Below, piece after piece: positions 12,342 through 23,600 of a DNA stretch of 64,000 bases. The notes under the pieces are model-generated. The model saw only the letters and a program-made list of their open reading frames with translations, searched no databases and had not been told where the DNA came from. The position numbers and the translations under genes are program-made. Origin of the DNA: Podarcis cretensis (lineage: Eukaryota); contig OX638160.1 of NCBI GenBank assembly GCA_951804945.1, forward strand, positions 37,510,001 through 37,574,000, given 5' to 3'. Position 1 is the stretch's first letter; each line of letters opens with the position of its first letter.

Positions 12342-13977
12342 TCCTAATAAGATTTGGATAATATTCTGTAGGAGGTAATGTATTGCGCACTGATATGGAG
12401 AATTCCGGGTTCTTGGGTTTGTCTGTTTTGTTGTGTTTTTAGCTTTTAAATAAGCATTGCTTGAGATAAGTGACCAAACAATCGTAGAATGATTCAGAAG
12501 AAGCACAGACTTCATACAGAAGGCTGGCCATGGTAGTTGCTTGCATACAGCAATGCCTTCTTTCTGTATTCATGTGGTGGGAACATGTACGTCCTCTAGA
12601 TCCAAGCCGTAGGCACGTGCATTCGTGCAAACACAGACACATACATAACCACACAATGTCCATATTATAAGCAGCAATGCCCCCGAAGCACTTACCGTGT
12701 GAACTTGCCATTTAAATTATTCGACCGTGGCAAAGGCTCCCCCAAAAATTGACGGGACGGTGTGTGTTTGTGGGAGGCAGAATTAAACAAATCTGATTTC
12801 TCCAGCCTTTTTAATTGTTCTCTGAAACGTTCGGAAACTTGAAGGGTGGGGGAGGGGAAAAAAGAATATAAAGGATATTCCCGTGCGTTCCCCAATACCC
12901 ACGCACCCGTACCCACCGCAGGACATGGAAGGGAGAGGTCTTGTTCATTTACAATAGCTGTAAACAATGTGTGTATCCGGTGTAAACAAGGCGTTGCAGC
13001 TCCTTCGCCTCTCGCTGGGCTGCTGCGCATAAATGGCAAGGCGACAGCAAAGCACAGCGCAGCCTCGAGCCCAAGCGAGGTCGCTGTTGCTTATTCCGCC
13101 TCATTGGAATGCAGGCGCCCGGACACACTCCAATAATGATCGTAACCGAGGCCTTGTGAGCTACAGAGAAATCCTTGGGGTCCCCCCTCCCGAGTTTTCC
13201 TGCCTCCCCGGGCTCCCTCTTTCCGCCCCTTATGCCCTTAGGGTCTGCATTCCCTGCAGACATTGGAAGGACTGTTCTAGCTTCGGGGTGGGGGGAGAAA
13301 CAGCGGAGAGAAAACAGAGTGATTCTGAAGGCCACCACTGTAAGTAAAGGGAGAGCGAGGGCTGTGTGTGTGTGTTTGCGCAAACGGGCCGGCGGCAAGA
13401 CCTCATAACACAATATAGCTCAATAAAATATAATGAGAGAGAACCAGTAAGCAGAGCTGGAAATTGCTACCAGATTCCCTCTCTTTACAGCGGAGTAACT
13501 GAAACATACCCAGTACGTAGGGAGGAAACAGGGCAACAGATATTTTTGCGAATAATGCGAATAATATCACCAGCAACAGCAGCAACAATAATCAATGTAT
13601 CCATTGATACGGATTAGACAATAAAATCTGGACATTCCTAAACTGGCAGAGTGCACCTGACCTTGAAGGAAACCTGCATGAGAAAACCCGAAGACAACCG
13701 ATCCTAGCTAAGCTTGAAGGTCTACTCCAATAGCGCCTTGAAACATTTCCCCCCTCTTCCACCTTGGCTGAAATGCATTAATTGAGGCAGCCGGAAAGGC
13801 GCGGGGTTTTTCGGCGCGCAGAAGGCAAACCAATGGCATTGAGACTTAACGCCTGCCGAGGAAAGGTAGCTTGCCAGATTTCTTCGGTAAAAGGCGGTAT
13901 TATTAGTATTGTATTGTATCGCTATTGCTACGGATGGACTCCGGCGCTTATTCTTATTAGACCCGGTTGATGATTTC

Positions 13978-14065
13978 AAACTGAAGTAATTAAGGCAGTT
14001 TCGTGCTGTAGAGAGAGAGAGATCCAGCCCCAACAACATGAAACTACCTAAACCACCGACCAGTT
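13978..14065 (-). ncRNA. MIR196B: pre-miR-196, HoxA copy (miR-196b orthologous locus); mature 5p at 14029-14050
   Basis: Minus strand reads AACTGGTCGGTGGTT-TAGGTAGTTTCATGTTGTTGGG-loop-CTACAGCACGAAACTGCCTTAATTACTTCAGTT, a fold-back hairpin carrying the canonical miR-196 mature sequence, in the syntenic position between HOXA9 and HOXA10. Confidence 0.96.
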
Positions 14066-15394
14066 CTCAGCCTCCTAATTAAGAGGGCTCCCCACTGCCG
14101 CTTTCCTTAGGAAACAGGATCCCGCTTCGAATAAACATGAGAGACACCAATGCCCAAAAGAAACAGATTCCGAGCGGGTGGGGTGGGGAAAGCCCCCACC
14201 CCCCAAAAAAACCGAACAGCAACAAGACCTCACCCTTCCCACCGCCCCCCTCCGCCCTCTCCACCAAAGTCTCCATCTCGGTCTACAAACTTTCCACATT
14301 CTTGTTTGTGTGTGTTTTTTAAAAAATGAAGTTCTTTCTCTTCTTCTGGACCCGCCAAATCATTAGAAACGCCTTTGTGCCCACTTTGTCGTCACTCCGT
14401 TTAATCTTACTCTCTACGTTCCATCATAGTTCTCTAACTTAGCCACGATCGAATTAGGGTATGATGCACTTTAAAAATGCAACTTAGAGAAGGGGGCAGC
14501 GGGGCCAGACAGGCCTCGAGAGGCAAGAATCCTCGTATACATAGGTTATCGAAGACGATCAAGATGCGCGGGTTCAAAGTCTGGAAAAAGAAATGGCTAC
14601 ACAGCCCTTTCAGGCTCCCATCACCACCGCCTCCACTCCCACCCCTTCCAATCTCCCCCTCTCTCTCCCCTCCCCACCCGATTCGCCTTTGTCTGGATTC
14701 TGGAGCTGATCAACGTGCAATGATACAGAACCTTAATGCCAAAACATTCTCCGCTTAAGCGCATCCGCAAGCAGGCAGGTAGCGAAGGGAAGAATAAACA
14801 TGGCGGAAAAGCTGATCGATCAAGGAGAACAAGGCTCAAGATCCTCGTTCCCACGTGCTCACCTTTTCAGAATCGCCTTTTTTTTTTGGTATGTGGGGGC
14901 ATCTAGGTTTTCCTCTGGAGTTGAAAAGAGCTCCGAGCGTCTAGTGGGGTAGTTTGGTTTAAAATAAAAATAAAAAAAACAATAGTGGATCCTTCCTCGT
15001 GAGTTAACCACCGAGTTATTTTAATAAAATAAATAAATAAAGAGAAGCCCAAGTCCTCTAACTTCTCAAATAAGTAGCCCTTGGCTTCCTCTGTCTGTGC
15101 AGCCCCTCAGTCAACTAAAACCACTCGTCCAAGACAGCAACAATCCAGATATACTAGCAAGTCATAAAACTGAACAAAAGCCGACAAACCTTACAGCACC
15201 ATTGCTATATGGCCCAGACAAATTACGACCGTCTAGGTAATATTTAAATAGATTCCTAAAGTAATTGCAGGGGGCTCGGGCAAACTATTCCTGTTGTAAA
15301 AGTTCTTGGAGATCTGAAAGTAGGACCATGAGAATAAACAGTCACAAACGAGGTATTTTTTTTTTAAAAAAAGAGGGTGGTTCATTCCATGCCT

Positions 15395-15400
15395 TTTATT
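15395..15400 (-). terminator. Candidate HOXA10 polyadenylation signal
   Basis: AATAAA on the minus strand about 1.3 kb after the stop codon. Supported by position only. Confidence 0.45.
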
Positions 15401-16682
15401 CTTCTTCCAAGAGAAACATAAACAGCGTCTCCATTTTGTCCTGTGTTTTTTTGTTTTTGTTTTTTTGTTTTGCTTTACTTCCACGCAGCATTACAATTCA
15501 TTGGTTTTAAGGTAAGGAGGGGATGGACGAGAGATAGAGCTAACATCGAGAATAACGCTATAGAATGCTTTGCTTGCAACAGTATCGGCATTTTAATAAT
15601 ATTAATAATATTAATATTAATAGACATTTATACATATTCTGTATTCATAGATATTTTTTTTCTTTAAAAAAAAAAATCTTCTCTTTGCACTACACGCTTG
15701 ACCTTTTCAACGCATGTAACTTCACAGTATCAAGGAAACCAGGGGGGGGGGACTTTCACCTCCCTTGCTGTCCCCCACAGTCAAGTCAGGGGGAAAATTT
15801 CATCTGGTGGTCCAATATACATAGAATAACACACCTCTCCGTGGACAAAGTCGTATCTCCTCTCCAAAGCGGGGAGATTTCTTCCTTCCTTCCTTTCATG
15901 TGCTTGCCAAGCGTAACTAGCGGTAACCCAAAGGTATCCAAAGCAAAAACTACCTCAAGTCATTACCTACAACCAGAAAGTGTAAGATTTTAGCCAATAA
16001 AGCAGACAAAGACTTTCCTCTCTACTTTTTTTTGGGGGGGAAGGGGGAGGAGGAGGGGGAAGAGGTCTCATTTTAAAAGTTGTAATATTAAATGTGGATT
16101 TTTGTGTACGCGGGGGATTGGGCACAAACATATAAGTGCGCCAGCCTTGGCTCCTGACACCGTATTCTATAACCTGATGTTATCTGGATCGGCTAGACGC
16201 ATGCTTCCTATTAAGCAGCGGCGTGGCCAGATTTTAATTATTCAAAACCATCCTCGGCTCAGATCCAAAACACCAGCTATCATTACAGTGGGGTGGGAGA
16301 GAACGCAAGTTGCCTTCAGTCTTATTTGGCTCAATTTTCTGAAAATGGAGTTTGGGAGAAGGGTGTTGAGAAGGGAGGGACAATAGGCATCTAGGGTTCT
16401 GAAAACCATTCCCCCCCCCCCAGCATCAGATTTTCCAGAACCGGGAATTCACGGAGGGCAGTAGCGGACATGGATGGGGTAGTGTGCATCTGTTATGGCT
16501 TCATCCCAACGAAATCAATTACCAAGAGGCCATGGAGAGGCTGAGGATGTAATTGAAAGGCTCGGACTCACACAGGTGCGAGTAGCTAGAGGCTTAGGGG
16601 GTGGGGAGGAGATCCGTGGGTGGGGGGGTGGGGTGGAACCGTCCTAGCTGTTCAGACCATCAAGATGCGTGCCTAGGGTTCA

Positions 16683-16957
16683 TCAGGAGAAATTGAAGTT
16701 GGCTGTGAGCTCCCGGATTCGATTCTCCCTGTTCATTTTCTTCAGTTTCATCCTGCGGTTCTGAAACCAGATTTTGACTTGTCTGTCTGTTAGGTGGACT
16801 GTGCGGCTGATCTCTAGGCGACGCTCACGAGTCAGGTACATGTTGAACAGAAACTCCTTTTCCAGCTCGAGAGTTTGGTGCTTGGTGTAAGGGCATCGCT
16901 TCTTCCTGCCACTTTTTGCGGTGAGCCAACTGGCTGCGTTCTCTCCTTTGGAACTGC
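16683..16957 (-). CDS. HOXA10: Homeobox protein Hox-A10, exon 2 (homeodomain)
   Basis: Encodes [91 protein letters not shown]. Acceptor CTAG| with AG at 16959-16958. Confidence 0.97.
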
Positions 16958-17465
16958 CTAGTTTTAAGGGGGGAAAATAAGGGGGGAAAGGGAAGGTTAC
17001 CAGAACGACACCAGGAAAACGTGGGCGGCGTAGCGGGGCTGGGCTGGGGGACGCTTCCGTACTTAGTACCGAATATAAATTTGAGAAGGGCAATCTGGCC
17101 TTCCTTCAGGGTTCGGGTCCCTCTTAAATTGGGAGCCCCAAAGGAGAGCGAGCATTGCAACACACTCCCTGACTTTGCCGCATCTCGCTGGTCTGAGAGA
17201 CCGGATCGCTTTTGGAGTTGACACCGATGCGCACAAATGCCTTTGGCAGTGGCGTCTTGCAGGGTTTTGCCTCTGCTTCAGTCCTGGCCGTTTGTTCTCA
17301 AAACACTCGTTGCGAGACCGCCCCCTGCTCCCTCCCCTAAATCCAGATTATTTGAAAATGTGGTCGACGCTCGATTAAAAAAAAGAAGAAGCCCTGGCTG
17401 GCTGTTTTTTTATTGGGGGTGGGGTCGTTTTCGAATTGTTATGCCTAATATTTCTGGCGAATGAG

Positions 17466-17582
17466 GGCTGCAATCCCATCTAAACTACTCCACACACCCT
17501 TCCAGAGCATGTTCGCTCAGAAGTAAGTCCCACTGTGTTCAGTGCGGCTTACTCCCCGGTAAGCAGGTATAGGAATGTTGCG
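17466..17582. repeat. Palindromic interspersed repeat copy in the HOXA10 intron
   Basis: GGCTGCAATCC...CAGAAGTAAGTCCCACTGTGTTCAGTGCGGCTTACTCCCCGGTAAGCAGGTATAGGA. Confidence 0.75.
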
Positions 17583-18755
17583 TTACTGAGAATCAAGCCC
17601 GTTCAATTCAGTGGTGCAGCAAACAAGCAAGCATAGGAACGGGCTGTGCGTTTAAAATTCAAATTAAATCTAAACCGTTGGGCAGTTTAGCGCTCAGATG
17701 GTTCCTACAAGCACACACAGATGATGCACGTTGTTTTTTTTAAAGCACATATGCATTTCTCTTTATTTTTTGGAAGTACATGTAGCTGGAGGTGGGGTTG
17801 GGGCGGGAAACCCAACTCTCTCTGTGTGCATTTAGATAACGATATGCATATGCATATATGTGTGCACACATGTAACATGCTTCATTGCATCCTGTTTCAG
17901 AATTGTGGGAGAAGCAACAACTGCAAGCTTACCCTGCGGAGTTCCCGGTTTTATTTTCTTATCATTGTTTTATTATTCCCTTTAATGGCATCATGAAATA
18001 GAAAATTCTTCTGCAAAAGCCACTCGCCATCCCCGCGCGTTGAAATGAATGACTGAGCACCGACCAGGAACTCTGGCATTCTTGTACAGCTCCCATTCAT
18101 TCCAATGACCCTGCGTATATTTCAACACAGAAGCCTTGTGGCGCTCTGGAGAGCCTCTCGCAGCGCAGTCTCCAGCAGTCTAATTTGATAGTGCTTCATA
18201 GAAGAGAATTTTAACCCAGCTGCCTTTTTTTTTTTTTTTAAAGGCATCCAGGATCGTAAACTAGAACTTAGCCTGTTAATGGGCTTATTTATTGGCGCTG
18301 GCCCCTTGCTTACTTTGGACGCTTTACAAACATCTATGTTATCTCTGCAGTCACCTCAGCATCACTTGAGGCGAGGAAATACAGAGCTGTATTTATCTCT
18401 TTTTTCCTTTTCTTCCTATTTTGTCTTTGGCTTTAGGATTTTACCCATACTCAGCTTTTCCTTTCTTTTTGTATGGCTCATAAACTCGAAGGGGTGGCTA
18501 TATCAATATTTATTTATTTACAGCATCCCAGCGTCCAAATATGAATGGCAGCTCAGCAGGTTACGCTAAGCCGCTCTATGAATGGCCATTTTGGTCAGCG
18601 AAGGGGGCTTCCAGTATTCTGGGCGATTCTCACCCCCTTATCGCATCCCACCCCTCCTGGTTTTTGTGGCAACGGGGACGGCTGCCGTGCGCGGGGGCGG
18701 GGGAGCTAGGCGGGTAGAGAGTAGTGCATTTATTTTATTTTATTTTATTGCTTAC

Positions 18756-19722
18756 CTAGCGTTTCCTTCTCTGGAGAGGGCTTGCTGTTCTCTGAAGGAG
18801 CCGGGGAGAGTTCTTCGGGGGCCGAAGAGGAAGCTTGCCCGTCTTCCTCGCCCCTTTGGGCCACGCAAGCCAAGGTGCTGGGTGGGGATGAATCCTCGCT
18901 GTCTTTCCTCCCCGGATCCGGCGGTGGGACTGCAGGAGTCAACGCTGGCGGAGTTTCAAAGCGCACTTGAGGTTGCGGGGCGAACTGGGAAGGAACCACC
19001 ATCTGCCCCGGATGGTGGTGCTGCTGCTGCTGTTGGTGATGATGTTGATGGTGGTGGTTGCTGTTGTTGTTGTAGCTGCTGCCATTGCTGCTGCCGCCGC
19101 TGCTCTTGCTGGTGCCGTAGGCTTGAGACAAGCGGAAGTAGCCTGGGACGGGCACCCCGGTGGCTGTCACGTTGTTCATGGAGCAGACCTCCGAGCTCAG
19201 CCTTGGGAAAACGGACAAGTCGGTGGCCGCCGCCTCTTTGGGGCCCTTCTCGGCGTCATAGAGGCAGTAGGAGCTCTCCTCTTTGATGTTGGGAGCGAAG
19301 GAGCAGGAGGTCGCCTGCGGGCTCTCGTGCTCTTCCAGGCGGCAGGACCTGGGGGGATCTAGCCAGACTTCCATCCCTGACATGTAGGCGTGAGAAGCCG
19401 GCGCCACGCTTGGAGAAGGGCCTTCATTGCGTTTGCTCAAGACCGGGAAAAGCCCGTAGCTTTGCAGCCCATAGGACAGATCGGACGCCTGTGGCAGGTA
19501 GACACCGCTGTTGTTGGGATAGTAGCCGCCGCCTCCTCCGCCTCCTCCTCCTCCAACTCCTCCGCCGCCCCCGCCTCCGCCTCCTCCGCCTTCCCCTCTG
19601 CTTGAGGCTGAGCTGATCAAGGAGTCCACCAAAAAAGAGTTTGCAGCGGGGCTCTCCGAGCATGCCATGGCCGTGGTGGAATAATTTGGCGAAGAGAGCA
19701 GATAGCCCTTTCTGGCTGACAT
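18756..19722 (-). CDS. HOXA10: Homeobox protein Hox-A10, exon 1
   Basis: Encodes MSARKGYLL...CSESPAANSFLVDSLIS...NIKEESSYCLY...VPVPGYFRLSQAYG. Donor CTA G|GTAAGC at 18756/18755. 967+275 nt gives 413 aa. Confidence 0.96.
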
Positions 19723-20524
19723 TTCTTGTGCAAAACATTCTGGATATGATTAGAGATACCCCCGCGCCACGGCGAGTGCGTGCAGCCAATGGAATCCCAG
19801 CCCTCGCCAGCAACCCCTCCCCGTTTGGTTTCGTAGGCAATGAGCTGCTCTCAGGTCCACTGCTGAATTTTATATATGTGTGTGTGTATGTGTGTGTGTG
19901 TAATCGATGGTGCCACATTGCTGCCCTTGCCTAGGTACCCGGGGTACAATTGATGTTGCCACATATAGGCTGCCTTTTGCCTGCGTGTGAGCAAAGGAGG
20001 GGGAAAGGCGCGCGTGGGCTCTCGCGCACACGGAGGAAAAAGGGGAGACAAACAATAGAAAACAATTTGCCCCGATTTTAATGCAACCCATAATTTACCC
20101 AGGCTTCCTCTTTAAGCATATGCGCTAATATAAAATTGCAAAAGAGCATATTAAGCGTTTAGGTCGTAAAGCGAGCTGTAAGTGAACCTTTCAACATCCC
20201 AACTCCTCTCTCTCTTTCTGCCACCTCCACCAACATTCCCCCTCCCCCTTTTGCTCTCCCAATCCCATCTCATACAGCCCATGGCTGTGATGAAATTATT
20301 AAAACCTCAGTATTTATTGTCAAGCCCTGGGACATGCTTTTGCTTACCTATTTTTAGTGGCGGTGATTATGGCATCACGGGCCACTGGAAGTTCTAAACC
20401 AGTCTGACCTCCTCACTAGCAATGAAGGTTTACGGACATCATAAAGTCACCCAATGTCTCCTCAAGATGACAACGACACTAATGAAGAAAATTCTCAAGC
20501 CTGGCTCCCATCTTTGAATATTGA

Positions 20525-20605
20525 CATATACGTGTTTTACGCGGAAGCAAGTCCCACTGTGTTCAGTGTGGGTTTACTTTCAGCTAAGTGTACATATAGA
20601 AATAC
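20525..20605. repeat. Palindromic interspersed repeat copy upstream of HOXA10
   Basis: GAAGCAAGTCCCACTGTGTTCAGTGTGGGTTTACTTTCAGCTAAGTG; shares a 20-bp exact core AAGTCCCACTGTGTTCAGTG with the 17.5-kb copy. Confidence 0.7.
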
Positions 20606-23600
20606 CGGCTCAGAAGTGAACCCCCGCCTGGCAGAGAGGCTGAGGAGCGCCACTGTAAAGTATTCCTGTCTAGCGCCGCAGAAGCAACAGTAACAATATG
20701 AGCCCATCTTTGTTGACCCAGTAAGCAAGCATTGCATCGAAGTCTTCCGTATCTGGTCTTAAACTAACATGCGAAGCAGAAATATCTGGTGTGTCTTGTA
20801 GGGACGAGGATAGCAAAAGGTCTCACAGAACGTGGATGCGAGATATCCTCAGATTAGCATTAAATTCTAATGATTAGTGTTCGGAATTGTTTCTTTTTTC
20901 CCCAAGGGGGAGTATAATAATAATCGCACACCCACTATAGATTCAAAAGTGCGCCACAAGCAAATTATCTCAAAATATCCTCATTCTCAACCCATAAAAG
21001 GCTAAAAAGGACTGTCAGACAAAACTGTGTAGCCAGTTCGTAATTGTGGTAGACAACTAGCAGACAAGAGAGTGAGACCGGCAGACGGGGGCAGATAGAT
21101 AGATTTTTTAATTTGGGGGGGGGGGGAGCGAAAGAATGGCTCCACTTCTCTCTCTGCCTCTCATGTTCTTGGCACGCGTTGTTTGGAAATAATAAAAACT
21201 TGAGAGAAATAACATCTCTTATTGTCCATGGAGTCTTTTAGAATTATTATTTTTTAAGAAAAGAAAAGAAATTTTTTTTAAACTTTTTTTTTTTGTTAAA
21301 AATCCCTGCGTTAAGTATCTCTTCTTCCAAACCGCCCCAGCTGGTAGGATTTAAATGATCGCCTGTCTCTGCTCCCAAGCGAGTAGGAATATTCTTTTGA
21401 ACAATTCAATATTGTGCTGTAAATCTTCTGCTCGGTTCCGTTTTGGCACCCACTCCCTCGTCCATAAAGCCCTCAAAAGCGCTAAGAATGCCAAGGGAAT
21501 CGGGAGGCAAAGGCGCTGCCTTCTTTTCCTGACCAAGCCTTCGGTGTAGTGAGTGCTGCAGAGAGGGTGGCTTTCAGATATACCCTCTCTGGCACGGCTT
21601 ACCCTTGGCTTTCATACAATGCAGGGCAAGTCCTGCAAAATGCTTATATGCTCATATGCCACTCCGCACATTTCCCCCTTTCCACAGCACGGAGGGGTGG
21701 GTAGGGTAGGATTGATCTGCCAAGCCTCGCATGCCTAATAATGCCCTGGTTTTGCCTACAGAAGTGGGGAAATTCCCTCCCTTCCTTCTGGGATTCCCCT
21801 CCGCTTAGCTTCTAAAACATTCAGAAGGCAGCAGGACACAGAACGCGAGTTTTCTCCTAGGCAAGTTAACGCGAAGGGGGCCTCCTGAGGTTTCTGGCTT
21901 GTCGGATGGGAAGCCTGGCAGAGATAGTTTCAACTTTGCCGGGCCCGTAAAATCTTTATGGAAAGGCAAGACGTCCTTCTTAAGCCACTTCCACCACTGC
22001 CATACCCATCACCCTCACCTATCATCTCCTCTCCCACCAGCCAAGAATTGCGCCCTGGGTTTTTCACTTCTGCCGGCTTCCAGCACAAGTTAAGCATGGA
22101 GGCAGAACAACCAGAGGCAGGGGGTCAGCAGCCTATAAGAAGAGCCGCCTTCCCCACACCCTGGAGTAATATTGTCCGTGTTTCCCCAACTCGACTTAAC
22201 TTACACTGTGTTAATGTGTGAGGAACAAGTTCTTATCAGATTCCTAGGAGGGCAATATGACTTCTAGCAAAATTAATGCCATATAAGGAGCACTTTTATG
22301 GGCTAGCACATTGGAAACGTATTATCAACGGGCTTAGAGTTGTAACAGCAGATCTCCGCGCAATGAAATGGGACCCGCGCGCACGGCCCACCTTCGCCTT
22401 TCCCAGGACTTGGTGGGGCTAAAATCAGGTAGATCAAAACTTCGAGGAGGGGGAATCTCGTCCGGTGCGGTGTGTTGATCCCCGCCTTCACCCCTCATCT
22501 ACCAGATCCAAAAGAAATGAAGCGCATGCCTTAAAAAATCTTGCTACTAATGCAACAACAACAACAGCCGTCTACCTGGGGAAGGGTCCGTTGAAGAAAG
22601 AAAATATAATAGAAGTCTGTTTAAAAATAATAATCACCCCCCAATTTAAATAAAAAGATTGCGAATCTATAGATCCCAATGGAAAGAATTCCATTCCGCC
22701 ATTCCTCTCTTTAAATAAGTGCTACAGTGAAGGTCGAGCCGATTCGTGAGTCTAGCGAAGGCGAAAAACCTGGAGATACGGGAATGCGCACCTCATAAGT
22801 GCACGGGCGACTGACCATTTCCCGTTTCAGAGAGGTCCAGGGGCATCCCGTGGGCCACTTTGGAGGTCAGTTGGACCTTTGGTCAGATCCATCCCAGCAA
22901 GACTCGGTTTCTGCTCTTAAGATTCAAGAGAAGACTCGAAGGGGAAACCGGCAGTCGAAACCAGAGGAGCGGGGCTAGGAAAATGATTTGAAACCTCTTC
23001 TCTTTCAGGTTAGAACCGTTTGCAGCTGGACACACACACACCCCTCTGCAATCAAGGGTACTGTTGGTTCCTTTTCACTCAAAGTATAAGGCAATAAGGA
23101 AGCAGCCCCTCATATCCAGGGCCCCATTTTATGGTTGCGTTTGTGGGACCCAAAGCGTCTGGGCTTTGATGGTCAAGGCACCCAGGGCCGGATCCGAAGC
23201 CCGGGGAGGTCAATGGTAAAGAGAAGGCTAGCATTTGACTCGGGGAAGCTTTTGGACCGCGCGAGGAGAAGCTCGTGAACTCGGCTCTCGGCGCCTTTTT
23301 TCTTTAATCGCTAACAAGGCCAAAAGCATCGTCAAAGCCAGTGAAGTAAAACTAATAATGTGCACTTGATTTTTAACTATAAAAGATAATGGTCAATTCT
23401 AGAGCAAACTAAACTACTTTGGCGTGCATTGTGTGTAGCGGTAACATTTTAAACACTTAACAATGTGTCTCGGACATTAACCAGGACTTTATAGCATTTC
23501 TTGAGACTATTATGCAGGGCGCGGGGGGGGGGGGGAGAGAAGAGAAATGACTGCTTTTTCATTCTGCTCCTGCCAACAAACTCGTCTGGGAGATTGGGAA

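Noticed and set aside
15935-15975. let-7/miR-196-like TGAGGTAGTTT in the HOXA10 3' UTR sense strand
   Set aside because: There is no complementary arm to form a pre-miRNA. As a target site it is on the wrong strand unless an antisense transcript exists.
18582-19286. 234-aa ATG-initiated ORF antisense to HOXA10 exon 1
   Set aside because: Low complexity, derived from the GC-rich repeat tracts of HOXA10, and no family resemblance. Only ribosome profiling or conservation would revive it.
22780-22920. Possible decayed SINE/CR1-type tail (TGGACCTTTGGTCAGATCCA...CTCTTA)
   Set aside because: Too degraded to assign or bound with confidence.
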